From contig JAMWBU010000005.1 in the NCBI GenBank assembly GCA_023819255.1, forward strand, positions 1,657 to 65,656: a stretch of DNA of 64,000 nucleotides, written 5' to 3'. This document shows, in pieces, positions 50,933-61,031 of this stretch (its first letter is position 1; every line of letters starts with the position of its first letter). Source of the DNA: Candidatus Omnitrophota bacterium (GTDB taxonomy: Bacteria > Ratteibacteria > UBA8468 > B48-G9 > DTJG01). A model generated the notes under the pieces. The model saw nothing but the letters and a program-made list of their open reading frames with translations. It was not told the origin of the DNA and searched no databases. The position numbers and the translations under genes were made by a program.

Positions 50933-53104
50933 CTATTCTGAAAGAAGGACTATTTCATAGTCGTTTATCTGTGGCAACATAAAAGAAAGTCGGTCTTTTT
51001 TTCTCTTTGTTTTGAACGACTTTCCTGAAGAAAGGGATCTGGCTTTATTAAAAAAAGTCCTTACTGACATTTCTATGTTATAAAGTGGAATTATCCTGTC
51101 CATAGGCCGTTTCATATCAGCAGTGACATTCACAAGATGAACAAGCAACCCTTTTTCATTTTTCCTCATTTCAATCGCAAGGCTTCCAGGCGCATTTGTT
51201 TCAATTTGAAGCCCGCCAGGCACAAACTTTTTAATGACAGAGTGGATAAGTTCCTTATGCCAGTCAATATGAAACATGTTGAAACTTTCAAAAACTGGAG
51301 AAGCAAAATAGATAACTTTTCCTCTGCCCTTTTTGGAAATTACAATTGCCGGATATTCACTTACTCCTTTCGGTTGAGAGTATGCATAGTTCAAAGGATT
51401 TAAGTACTTCGCAATTATCTGCGCTTCTTTTTTTGCCTTTATTAAAAGGCCATTCACCGGTCTTGGAATAAGGATATCTTTTTCAATCCCAGCAATATTT
51501 TGAGTTAGAACGATGTAATCCTCTATTCTTGAAGGTCTTAAAACTCCACATATCTGTTCAATCCCGAGAAAATCAAGCCAGCTATTACGATCCACAATCT
51601 CGCCATATTCATTGTAGAATCCTGACTCAAAGTCGCAAAGAAGCGCTCCACCTTTTCTTACATAATCCATTATTACCGCAATCTGACTGTCAGAAAGACA
51701 AGCTGAATTAGGAAGAATAAGAAGTTTCAACTTTTTAAGTGTCTCCTGATTGAGATACTCGTCCCATAATACCCTGACAGGAATATGGGCAAAATTACAT
51801 AAATCAAGGCATCCATGATTTTCATTGTTCAGTATTTTCTCGCTCACCTCTCTTTGTTTCTTTATGTCTTCTATCAACTTGCTGCCGGTATCCATAATCA
51901 AGCCCTGCTCTTTCCCAGAACCTGCCCCATAACATAACCCCTTATGCGAGGAAATATAGTAATACAGTGTTTTATTTGATATTAAAACTCCTGTTTCAGC
52001 TGCTGAAACACTGCCTTCGATAAATTTTTCATTTTTTTCAATCAATGCTGCTGTCTTCAAGCCGCCTATCGCATACTTTTTTGTTTTTTCAATGGCTGGA
52101 TAAAAAATCGCAAACCAGGTATTTGAACCTCCTGCTGTTGCCTGCGCAATGGCAGTTGAAAATTCAGCCTCAACAAGCCCAACATAGTGCCAGGTTGAAA
52201 GTGTATGATGGGTAAAAACCACAGACGGATTTTTCCCGGCAGAAAGAAACCGTGAAAGATTTAATGTGGTATAAGGCGAGATATAATATTCTGAGCAATG
52301 GAAAAAATCCTCTGCTCCAGTGAATGTCTGATAATTTTCCATCCTTGCGGCATCATAACCAACAAGAATGTTTGAAGCGCTGAACCCTCCGCCATTAAGA
52401 AACATAACGGCGTCTTTTTTTATTTTCTTTGCTGTTTCGCTGGCGTCTTTCATAAAGTCAGCCCAGCTCTGCGAACGAAATTCAGCAAACTTTTTCCAGC
52501 AGGGATCAGTCCAGTCAAGAAATTTTGGAAGATGCTGGCATCCTGTCATTCTTTTGAATTTCTCCTGGCAATGCCGACAGTAACAAACCCCTGGATAAAC
52601 AACCGGCCCGTCAAGAAAACATCCATCCACGCCTGTCTTCATCACCTCCGCAATCATTTCAAACGCCCAGTTTCTCCACGGGCCGTTAACGCAAAAAGTA
52701 GTACCATTGCCATAAAGAGGTTTTTTCCTTCCATAGGGTATGCCATCTTCACAGAGCTGTTCCCATCCAGGATTTTTTTCTGCAAACTCGTAGCTATACC
52801 AGTGCATATTTATGTAAGCAATGACATAAAGGTTATGTTTTTTCGCGACAGGCACATATTCTCTTAAAAGATCTCTTGAACCGAGCACTGGTAATTTTTC
52901 AAATTTATCAGAGTTAAATGTTGTGAGGTATCCTGTTCCTGGCGCGCATCCTGGTGTTGCCATAATCCATTCGCAGTTTGCCTTCCACAATTTTCTTGTT
53001 TCTCTTGCGGTCTTATTCAGGTCTGATTTCAAGAATGGTGAAAAATCGAAAATATAATCCCGGCGAAACATTCTAACAGGTCTATCCCACCAGTTTCTGA
53101 CCAT
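50933..53104 (-). CDS. Putative glycoside hydrolase (GHL6-like) with beta-galactosidase trimerisation domain
   Basis: DGCFLDG, CYCRHC, LLILPN...YVRKGG, GRGKVIY, LVHLVN. Confidence 0.7.
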   Translation of the reverse strand: MVRNWWDRPVRMFRRDYIFDFSPFLKSDLNKTARETRKLWKANCEWIMATPGCAPGTGYLTTFNSDKFEKLPVLGSRDLLREYVPVAKKHNLYVIAYINMHWYSYEFAEKNPGWEQLCEDGIPYGRKKPLYGNGTTFCVNGPWRNWAFEMIAEVMKTGVDGCFLDGPVVYPGVCYCRHCQEKFKRMTGCQHLPKFLDWTDPCWKKFAEFRSQSWADFMKDASETAKKIKKDAVMFLNGGGFSASNILVGYDAARMENYQTFTGAEDFFHCSEYYISPYTTLNLSRFLSAGKNPSVVFTHHTLSTWHYVGLVEAEFSTAIAQATAGGSNTWFAIFYPAIEKTKKYAIGGLKTAALIEKNEKFIEGSVSAAETGVLISNKTLYYYISSHKGLCYGAGSGKEQGLIMDTGSKLIEDIKKQREVSEKILNNENHGCLDLCNFAHIPVRVLWDEYLNQETLKKLKLLILPNSACLSDSQIAVIMDYVRKGGALLCDFESGFYNEYGEIVDRNSWLDFLGIEQICGVLRPSRIEDYIVLTQNIAGIEKDILIPRPVNGLLIKAKKEAQIIAKYLNPLNYAYSQPKGVSEYPAIVISKKGRGKVIYFASPVFESFNMFHIDWHKELIHSVIKKFVPGGLQIETNAPGSLAIEMRKNEKGLLVHLVNVTADMKRPMDRIIPLYNIEMSVRTFFNKARSLSSGKSFKTKRKKDRLSFMLPQINDYEIVLLSE

Positions 53105-53235
53105 TATTCCCCCTCGTTACACTTCAAAAGATGCAAAATTTGATAGCTATTATTATATTCTATCACAGGATAAATGTTTTATATGGCGCAATGGGCACAC
53201 TGGACATTTTAAGTTTAATGTATTACAATTTTTAT

Positions 53236-54291
53236 ATGACAGAATTATGTAAATTCTTTTGCATAATAACCTTCGCAATTTTATCCCCCCTGTATGCACA
53301 TCTTTGTGATAATGTTTTCAGACAGGCAGATAAACTAATTGTTAAACCTGAGATTTACAACATTATCGTTAAAGATAAAGCGACCTTTAAAATTTTTCTT
53401 CAGAACAACATGGATAGAGCCATAGCAGAAATAAAACTTATCGCTGAAAGCCCTGCTTTTGATTTCCAGATCTACCCAATGAAGATGTCTGTTCCAAAGG
53501 ACCAGAGAGTTTATTTTGAGGTGACTATGACCCCGAAACCAAATACATCTTCTGGAAACTATCCTGTAACATTCAGACTCGTCGGCGGCGGAAGAGAATT
53601 CAAAAGCTTCAATCTTGATGTTTCTGGAGAAGCGGCTAACAGGGTTCAGGAGAAAAAGGAAACGCCAATGTCTGAAAATAAATCCAGCCCTGAGACGCAA
53701 CCTTCCAGAAAAAAAGAGTCAGCGCTTCTTTCAGTTAAAAAAATATTCCAGCCGCCAAAGATAGACGGTAGACTTATGGAAGAATGCTGGAAAAACGCTG
53801 GAGTTGCTGGAAATTTTTCCTGTCCCGGACAGGGAAAACCCGTGTATCAAACAGTTGGACTTTTCACCTACGACGCGAGTTCGCTATACCTGGGGTTTTA
53901 TTGCAGGGACAATGAACCTGAAAAGATTTCCGATAAAGACAGAATTGAGATACAGATATCATCAGATCCTTCAGGAAAAACCTATTATTCCATTGTTCTA
54001 ACAGGTGACAGAAAAATGACATTCAAGAAAGTCAGGTCTTCTGGCGAAGTGCAGGACCTTCAGCCAGCAAATCTGGTCTATGGAATGTACAGGGGCATCA
54101 ATGCCTGGATGATTGAAATCGGCATTCCTTTTTCTTCAATAGGAACCAGAACCCCTGAACCAGGCGAGACCTGGTTATTGAAAATTATTCGCACAAAATC
54201 AACCGGTTATATTGAGGAAAGTTACTGGGCTATGGATGCTTCATCCTACCATCAGGAAAAAGGTTTCGGACAGATTGTTTTTGCTCCATAG
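53236..54291 (+). CDS. Secreted protein with Ig-like and CBM9/DOMON-like domains
   Basis: Signal peptide LYA-HLCD; PKIDGRLMEECW, YDASSLYLGFYC, EIGIPF. Confidence 0.6.
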   Translation: MTELCKFFCIITFAILSPLYAHLCDNVFRQADKLIVKPEIYNIIVKDKATFKIFLQNNMDRAIAEIKLIAESPAFDFQIYPMKMSVPKDQRVYFEVTMTPKPNTSSGNYPVTFRLVGGGREFKSFNLDVSGEAANRVQEKKETPMSENKSSPETQPSRKKESALLSVKKIFQPPKIDGRLMEECWKNAGVAGNFSCPGQGKPVYQTVGLFTYDASSLYLGFYCRDNEPEKISDKDRIEIQISSDPSGKTYYSIVLTGDRKMTFKKVRSSGEVQDLQPANLVYGMYRGINAWMIEIGIPFSSIGTRTPEPGETWLLKIIRTKSTGYIEESYWAMDASSYHQEKGFGQIVFAP

Positions 54292-54303
54292 ATTATTAAC
54301 AAG

Positions 54304-54846
54304 ATGAAAACATTTCTTATTTTTCTCATACCAATCCTGTATTGTCTTGCTTATGGTGCGGACCAGATACAGATAGAATTTGAATATCCTTCCATAACAG
54401 GCGACTTTTATGTCGCTGGAACAGTGTTTTTCCCTCCGTCGGCAGCTCCTGATTTAAAAAAAATACTTGTTATGGATAAAGACACAAGAAAGGAAATTCC
54501 ATCAAAAATCGTGGTACAGGACAATTGGCCTGATGGCTCGGTTTTGAGTGCAGAGATAGTTTTTCCTGCCAACAGCCAGAAAAAAGGAAAATACATCATT
54601 TTTTACGGAGGTGATGTGGAAAGAAAAAAATCTTTTGTTGAAGCGGCTGTTCTTCCAACAGTATCTTTTATTGTACCTGGCGCGGGTAACACAGTAGAAA
54701 ATATGGATGTGTCTGTCGGGCAGATAAATGTGAGAGTTGACAGAAGTACAAACATCAGGTACTGGTGGTATATCCTGCCTGTCTTCTTTTTGATTCTTAT
54801 CACTGTGTTAAGGACATTACGAACAATAAGGATGCAAAAGTTATGA
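54304..54846 (+). CDS. Hypothetical exported protein with C-terminal membrane anchor
   Basis: N-terminal signal, C-terminal YWWYILPVFFLILITVL-R. Confidence 0.65.
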   Translation: MKTFLIFLIPILYCLAYGADQIQIEFEYPSITGDFYVAGTVFFPPSAAPDLKKILVMDKDTRKEIPSKIVVQDNWPDGSVLSAEIVFPANSQKKGKYIIFYGGDVERKKSFVEAAVLPTVSFIVPGAGNTVENMDVSVGQINVRVDRSTNIRYWWYILPVFFLILITVLRTLRTIRMQKL

Positions 54847-55883
54847 AGAAAATTACGATGACAAGAAGAATTGTACAGGTTTTTTGTTTGATTCTTCTTG
54901 TATATGGCGGATACATATTCAAGGAATGGAAACAATCACCTGAAACCGAACAATCTCTTTTTCCTGCATTGAAAGCGCCAGCAGGAAGCATTTCTATCAC
55001 TAAACTTGAGAAAGGAAGCATACTCTGGCCATCAGGGGCAACTCCTGTGATCGAAAACTATCCGCCATCTCTTGTGTGCAGGTTTAACCCGAAAGGGGGT
55101 ATGTTTAAGGCATGCATCCTGCACTTTTTTTCTGAAAACCTCACCTGGCAAACCCAGTTAAAATATCTATTGCCTTATATTACGCTTTTTATTCTGCTAT
55201 GTTTTCTTCTCGGAAGAATGTGGTGCGGATGGGTTTGTCCCATAGGAACTACAGGCGACTTCCTCACATTCTTAAGAAGGAAAATGAATATCCCGGTGAA
55301 AAGGTTTCCACATAATTTCAGAATTAATCTCTCTTTTACTGGCTATGGACTTATGGCGATAGCCCTTACGATTTCCACAATAATAGGTATGCCCAATTTT
55401 GCGAGATACCAGTGTTACTGGTTTCTGCCTTACTGTCAGATATGCCCTGCGCGGCTCATCTGTCCTTTGTTCGGCTTAATAAGGCCGAACTGGAAGGATT
55501 TTTCAACATCCATCACAACAACCTTTACACTTCTTGCATGGATTGTTCTTGGGCTCTTTATTGCCGCCTTCTATTTTGGAAGACGGGTCTGGTGTCATAT
55601 GTGTCCTGTTGGCCTGATTAACTCATGGTTCAATAAAGGAGCTGGCGTTGAACTTCACAAAAAACCCATCAAATGCATTAAGTGCGGATATTGCGCTGAC
55701 GCCTGCCCTATGGGACTTACAAAAATGTACGAAATGGACAAAGATGGCATTTACAACCAGAATTCCTGTATAATGTGCCTGCGATGTGTTGAGGTATGCC
55801 CGAGAAAAGGATGCCTCAGTGTAAAATTCTTTGGCAAAGGGATAAGGATTAAGGATTTTTTCAGGAGAAAAAATGCAGAATAA
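54843..55883 (+). CDS. NapH/MauN-like membrane 4Fe-4S protein
   Basis: GRMWCGWVCP, RVWCHMCP, two CxxCxxCxxxCP, TM helices. Confidence 0.85.
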   Translation: MKKITMTRRIVQVFCLILLVYGGYIFKEWKQSPETEQSLFPALKAPAGSISITKLEKGSILWPSGATPVIENYPPSLVCRFNPKGGMFKACILHFFSENLTWQTQLKYLLPYITLFILLCFLLGRMWCGWVCPIGTTGDFLTFLRRKMNIPVKRFPHNFRINLSFTGYGLMAIALTISTIIGMPNFARYQCYWFLPYCQICPARLICPLFGLIRPNWKDFSTSITTTFTLLAWIVLGLFIAAFYFGRRVWCHMCPVGLINSWFNKGAGVELHKKPIKCIKCGYCADACPMGLTKMYEMDKDGIYNQNSCIMCLRCVEVCPRKGCLSVKFFGKGIRIKDFFRRKNAE

Positions 55884-57117
55884 ATTTCTTGATCGTTATG
55901 GCAGAGCCGTCTTAAAAGGATTTACTTCCACCCGGTCCATCAAAAGCAACGCTAATTCTGAATTGCTTGAATATTCCAGCAGATCAAAAAATTCTTTAAT
56001 GAAAAAATTTTATCAAGACATTGAGGATTTTGAAACAGGAAAGTTTCTCTATCCAGAAAAACCGGTTGTTGGTTACTTTTGCAGCCTCGTGCCTGAAGAA
56101 CTAATTCTTGCCTGCAACCTGCACCCTGTGAGGTTGTGTTGTGAAGAAAACCTCTGGACCCAAGCAGGTGAAGAGATTATTCCAGGAGATGTATGCCCGG
56201 TGGTTAAATCTATATGCGGGAAGTTTTACAACCAGATGTATGACAGATTTGATCTTGTAGTTGTTCCTGGAAGCTGCGACCCAAAAACGAAACTTGCGGA
56301 GTTGCTTTCTCCTTTGAAAGAAGTGTATTTTCTCGATCCCGGAAGAGATTGCGATTATCTAAAAAACGCTGACATCTGGGGAGAAAAATACACAAAGTTT
56401 TTTGATTTTCTAAAAGAAAGATTTCATTGCTCGTCAGGAAGAAAACATTTGCTTTCCGCGTGTAAGAAAACAAACGCGCGCACAGAAATTTTTAGAAAGA
56501 TTTATCAATTTCGAACAAGAAATCCCGAAGCGATAAACAGCTTCGATTATTACATAATGATTTACGCTTCTTTCTTCATGGATATAGAGATTTGGAACAA
56601 TCTTGCTGAGAACGTTTACAGAGAAGCGCTTGAAACCAGAGAAATTTGCAAAAATCCAAAAATCCTTCTTGCTGGAACGCCGGTTATATTTCCAAACTTC
56701 AAGATTATCGATGTTATTGAACAAGCAGGATTGTCCCTGGCGGCTGACATTCAGTGCACAACTTTTGGACGATTTTATAATCCAGTTGAAATAGATGAAG
56801 ATACCGAGTCGGGTATTATCAGGGCGTTGAGCCTGAAAGATATTGCTGGAAGCATCTGCCCCTGTTTGTTAAACCTTGAAAAATTAGTCAATCTCATTGT
56901 CGATGCGGTAAGCCAGCATAATCTTGATGGAGTAATATATTACAATCTGAGATTGTGCCAGGTGTTTGACATCCAGACAGCAGTCATAAGACAGGCGCTG
57001 AAAGAAAAAGACATTCCATTTATTTCAATAAAAACAGACCTTGGCAACCAGGATACCGGACAGTTAAAAACAAGATTGGAAGCATTCAGGGAGATGATTG
57101 AGTCGCGCAGAAACTAA
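55873..57117 (+). CDS. 2-hydroxyacyl-CoA dehydratase family, double-cubane-cluster protein (DCCP)-like
   Basis: GYFCSLVPEE, LCC, VCPVVKS, SCDPK, QCT, CPC, LCQ, TRLEAF. Confidence 0.8.
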   Translation: MQNKFLDRYGRAVLKGFTSTRSIKSNANSELLEYSSRSKNSLMKKFYQDIEDFETGKFLYPEKPVVGYFCSLVPEELILACNLHPVRLCCEENLWTQAGEEIIPGDVCPVVKSICGKFYNQMYDRFDLVVVPGSCDPKTKLAELLSPLKEVYFLDPGRDCDYLKNADIWGEKYTKFFDFLKERFHCSSGRKHLLSACKKTNARTEIFRKIYQFRTRNPEAINSFDYYIMIYASFFMDIEIWNNLAENVYREALETREICKNPKILLAGTPVIFPNFKIIDVIEQAGLSLAADIQCTTFGRFYNPVEIDEDTESGIIRALSLKDIAGSICPCLLNLEKLVNLIVDAVSQHNLDGVIYYNLRLCQVFDIQTAVIRQALKEKDIPFISIKTDLGNQDTGQLKTRLEAFREMIESRRN

Positions 57118-57128
57118 AGGAGGCTTTT

Positions 57129-57884
57129 TTGAAAGCAGGGATAGACATTGGTTCAGTGATGACAAAGTGCGTTGTTGTGAAGGAAGAAAAAATCATATCA
57201 AAGGCGATAGCAAGATCAGGCGCAATGCCTGAAAAAATAGCAGAAAAGGTGCTGCTGGATGCCTTGCAGAGTGCTGAAATTCAGTTTTCTCAAATAGAAA
57301 AAATCGTCTCGACCGGCTATGGCAGGTACATTTTCTCACCGTCTCACTCAGTTATAACAGAAGTTTCAGCGGCGGCAAGAGCCGCTTTTTTCCTTTCTGG
57401 ACGGAACCAATGTCTTGTCATTGATGTAGGCGGACAGGATACAAAAACGATAGAAGTTGATAAAAACGGTGAGGTTGTGGATTTTTTGATGAACGACAAG
57501 TGCGCCGCAGGAACAGGGAGGTTTCTTGAAATGATGGCAAATGTTTTAGAAACAGATATTTATGGGCTCGGGACATTCTCATTGCAGGCAGAAAAGCCGG
57601 TGTTGATAAGTTCGACATGCAGCGTTTTTGCGGAAAGCGAAGTTGTTTCCCTTATCGCCCATAATGAAAAAAAGGAAAATATTGCTGCAGGCCTTATCAA
57701 TGCCATTGCTTCGAGAATTTCAACAATGATGAACCATTTCAACAGAAAACTTCCTGTTATTTTTTGTGGAGGCGGTGCAATTATACCAGGGCTTAAGGAA
57801 AGCATTGAAAAAATAAGCAATAGACCAATTCAGATTCCCGAAAACCCGCAGTTTGTTGTTGCTTTTGGCGCCGCGCTCAGTTGA
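57129..57884 (+). CDS. ASKHA-type ATP-dependent activator (HgdC/DCCP-R-like)
   Basis: GIDIGS, TGYGR, DVGGQDTK, NDKCAAGTG, CSVFAESE; AGGAGG SD and TTG start. Confidence 0.92.
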   Translation: MKAGIDIGSVMTKCVVVKEEKIISKAIARSGAMPEKIAEKVLLDALQSAEIQFSQIEKIVSTGYGRYIFSPSHSVITEVSAAARAAFFLSGRNQCLVIDVGGQDTKTIEVDKNGEVVDFLMNDKCAAGTGRFLEMMANVLETDIYGLGTFSLQAEKPVLISSTCSVFAESEVVSLIAHNEKKENIAAGLINAIASRISTMMNHFNRKLPVIFCGGGAIIPGLKESIEKISNRPIQIPENPQFVVAFGAALS

Positions 57885-57939
57885 CACAACCAAAAAGTTT
57901 TAATAAAATTATGTCGTTTCTTTTTAACAGGAGGAAACA

Positions 57940-58125
57940 ATGAAAGTAAAAATAGATGAAAGCACATGCACAGGATGCGGTCTTTGCGCAGATAACTGCC
58001 CTGAGGTATTTGAACTGGGAGATTCTGTAGCAAAGGTCATTGCTGACCCTGTACCTGCCGAAAAGGAAGAATGCGCAAAAGAGGCAGCAGAAAATTGTCC
58101 GGTAGATGCTATATCCATCGAATAA
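57940..58125 (+). CDS. Monocluster ferredoxin
   Basis: CTGCGLC...CP...CPVDAI; own TTGACA-N17-TAAAAT promoter (57881-57909) and AGGAGG SD. Confidence 0.92.
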   Translation: MKVKIDESTCTGCGLCADNCPEVFELGDSVAKVIADPVPAEKEECAKEAAENCPVDAISIE

Positions 58126-59692
58126 GACGTACTTGGCAAAATTTGGGAATGCCTTTATACTTACAATTTTTCTTGCAGGTTGTTCCGCCAACCATCAGGA
58201 AAGGGCGCAGAAACACCTGTTGATTTCATTGCGGGAATACGAGAAAAGCATCTATGAAAATCCCGAAGACGAATCCTTGCAGAAAAAATATTATGCGCTT
58301 GCTTTAATTGGACTTGGCGAAACACAGGCAAAAACAGAGCTTTTTCTCATTTACAGGGCAATAAATAAAGAAAAAGAAGCTAATTTTTTACTGAGCCAGC
58401 TTATTTCAAAAAATGCTGATGAAGAATGTTCAAAATATCTTGAGAAAAAGCTTGATGTTGTTTATAACCTCCAGCAGCGCATCTATATTTACCAGGCCCT
58501 GACATACCTGAATCCTCAAAATCCCTCTTTTTTTGATAAACTTGGACGGTTGTATCTCGGCATAGAAAAAACACCTGATGGAATCGAAGCGCTTTCAAAA
58601 TCGATTGAGCTCGGCAACAGAAACCCTGATTCGGTTAATTATCTTGTAAGGGCTTATGAAAAAGAAAAAAGGTATCAGGACGCTGTTTTTCTGCTTCAAA
58701 GGATTCTTTCTGAAAAAGAAGATTTGAAATTCAGAAATCTTCTTGCCAATGTATACAAAAAGCAGGGAAAAAAGGACCTGTATCTGGCTGAAATTGAAAA
58801 ATTAAATAAAAAAACGCCTCTTATAGCATTCAAAAAACCTGAGATTCAAAAGATTGAGAAAAAACCATCAGAACCAGAAAAAATATTATTAAGCCAGAGG
58901 ATAGATGTGGAACCATACAAATTCCTCGTTGTGGATAAATCATCGCAAAATCTCAGTGTCTATCAGTTTGATGGGATAGAGATAAAAAAAATCCTGCAGC
59001 TCCCCTGCACAACAGGGAAAAACATGGAAGACAAAAAAAGGCAAGGAGACCTCGCAACGCCCGAAGGGACTTTTCTTATAAAGTTTTCTATTCCCGGGGA
59101 AAAGCTCGACCCAAAGTATGGTGCAGGTGCATATGTTCTTGATTTCCCGGATTATCTTTCAAGGAGAATGGACAAGGACGGAAGCGGTATCTGGCTTCAC
59201 GGCACGCCAATTGAAAGGCCTCCATATAACAGCGAAGGTTGCGTGGTTGTAAGTGACAAGGACTTTCTTGCTCTGCAGCAGTATATAGAACCAGGCAGAA
59301 CCTACATACATATTGTAAAACAAATAGAAGACACCAATCTTTCTGACTTACTCCTTGTCTGGAAAACAGTACAGGGGTGGAAACAATCATGGGAAAGAAT
59401 CGACATTGAAGGATATCTTTCTTTTTATGACGAAAATTTCAGAAGCGATGGAAAAGATAAAAAAACATGGGCTGAGTACAAAAAAAGGGTGAATAGAAAC
59501 AAGCAATTTGTGAAAGTTGAATTAGAAAGACCTGTTATTGTCCCTTATGGCAACACAGGGTTTGGATATGTTTTTCTTCTGGATGCAATACAGAGATATG
59601 AATCAAACAATCTTAGAAGCATAACCCGAAAAAATATCTATCTGGCAAAAAATAATGGCGGTTATAAAATCATAGGCGAACTTGTGAAATAA
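58106..59692 (+). CDS. TPR + YkuD L,D-transpeptidase + NTF2-like lipoprotein (Csd6-like); start uncertain
   Basis: LAGC lipobox, TPR-like repeats, GDLATPEG, IWLHG...SEGCV, YLSFYDENF. Confidence 0.82.
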   Translation: MLYPSNKTYLAKFGNAFILTIFLAGCSANHQERAQKHLLISLREYEKSIYENPEDESLQKKYYALALIGLGETQAKTELFLIYRAINKEKEANFLLSQLISKNADEECSKYLEKKLDVVYNLQQRIYIYQALTYLNPQNPSFFDKLGRLYLGIEKTPDGIEALSKSIELGNRNPDSVNYLVRAYEKEKRYQDAVFLLQRILSEKEDLKFRNLLANVYKKQGKKDLYLAEIEKLNKKTPLIAFKKPEIQKIEKKPSEPEKILLSQRIDVEPYKFLVVDKSSQNLSVYQFDGIEIKKILQLPCTTGKNMEDKKRQGDLATPEGTFLIKFSIPGEKLDPKYGAGAYVLDFPDYLSRRMDKDGSGIWLHGTPIERPPYNSEGCVVVSDKDFLALQQYIEPGRTYIHIVKQIEDTNLSDLLLVWKTVQGWKQSWERIDIEGYLSFYDENFRSDGKDKKTWAEYKKRVNRNKQFVKVELERPVIVPYGNTGFGYVFLLDAIQRYESNNLRSITRKNIYLAKNNGGYKIIGELVK

Positions 59693-60985
59693 TCACTTTT
59701 TCAGAAAAACCTCAATCACAGGCACACAAACATCTGGTTTCTGCACAGGAAGCAACAGGGTTGTCATAGAAATTTCCTCATCCTGATTTCTGTTTCTCAA
59801 ATATGGATATCTTATCTTTTGAACAGGAATTTCTGACGCATCGTTAAGAAGCTGAGCGTATTCAATCCTTTCTCCAAAATCAACCTGCAAAAACCTGTAC
59901 GGCCATGAAAAGATGTGGATGTAAAGACGATTTGTTTCTGGATTATATGTCAGTCTGCAATCTTTTGGCGGTTTGAATTCATCAGGCGCCTGAGTGCAAC
60001 CGTAAATAGATCTGCTGTGCCTCTTCATCCACTCACCTATGCCAGTAAGTCGCTCTGTTGCTCTACTGTCAAACTCTCCTCTTGCGGTTGGACCAACATT
60101 CAAAAGCAAGTTTCCATTTTTGCTCACAATATCGATAAGCATTTTCACAAGGACATCTACACTCTTCCATGAAGCCTCGTCCCTGTGGTATCCCCAGGAG
60201 CCTGAAAATGTGTGGCATGCTTCCCACACAACAGGTTTTCCATCAACAGCGATGGCTTCTGGCACATCAATCTGTTCAGGAGTAAGAAAATCCGCCTCTT
60301 CAGGAAGGTCAAGCCTGTTGTTTATAAGAATATGCGGCTGAACAGATCTTATCATCTTGACAAGATTTTCGCTATCCCAGTCTTGTCTGCCCTTGCCAAT
60401 CCATCCAGCAGGCGTGTTCGGACCAGACGGATAACTGAAATCGCACCAGAGAATGTCAATCTTACCATAATTTGTGAGAAGCTCTTTTATCTGATTATGA
60501 AGGTACTGTCTGTATTTACTCATATCCCGGTATTTATTGAGATTATCACGGTCAGGATGATTTCTCAATGGATGAAGGCTGTCAATGGTAAAATCTGGAT
60601 GATGCCAGTCAATAAGTGAATAATAAAATCCGATCTTCAACCCATTTTCTCTGAAAGCATCTACAAACTCTCTTATTAAATCTCTTTTCGCAGGAGTATT
60701 TGTCGCCTTATAATCAGTATACTTGCTATCAAACAGGCAAAAACCATCATGATGTTTTGTGGTTATAACAGCATATTTCATACCTGTCTGCTTTGCCATT
60801 TTTGCCCATTGAGAAGCATCAAAAAGGTCAGGATTGAAATTCTCGAAATAGATATCATATTTTTCATCAGGTATTTCTTCGCGATTTTTTACCCACTCAT
60901 GCCTCGCAGGCATAGCATATATTCCCCAGTGAATAAACATGCCAAATCTATCATGGACAAACCATCTTGAATCGCCTTTAGTCAT
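59693..60985 (-). CDS. Alpha-L-fucosidase GH29
   Basis: RFGMFIHWG, TTKHHDGF, ILWCD, NLLLNVGP. Confidence 0.93.
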   Translation of the reverse strand: MTKGDSRWFVHDRFGMFIHWGIYAMPARHEWVKNREEIPDEKYDIYFENFNPDLFDASQWAKMAKQTGMKYAVITTKHHDGFCLFDSKYTDYKATNTPAKRDLIREFVDAFRENGLKIGFYYSLIDWHHPDFTIDSLHPLRNHPDRDNLNKYRDMSKYRQYLHNQIKELLTNYGKIDILWCDFSYPSGPNTPAGWIGKGRQDWDSENLVKMIRSVQPHILINNRLDLPEEADFLTPEQIDVPEAIAVDGKPVVWEACHTFSGSWGYHRDEASWKSVDVLVKMLIDIVSKNGNLLLNVGPTARGEFDSRATERLTGIGEWMKRHSRSIYGCTQAPDEFKPPKDCRLTYNPETNRLYIHIFSWPYRFLQVDFGERIEYAQLLNDASEIPVQKIRYPYLRNRNQDEEISMTTLLLPVQKPDVCVPVIEVFLKK

Positions 60986-61031
60986 TTTTTCCTCCTTTTA
61001 TAATTTAATTCTATCATGGATGTATAAACTG

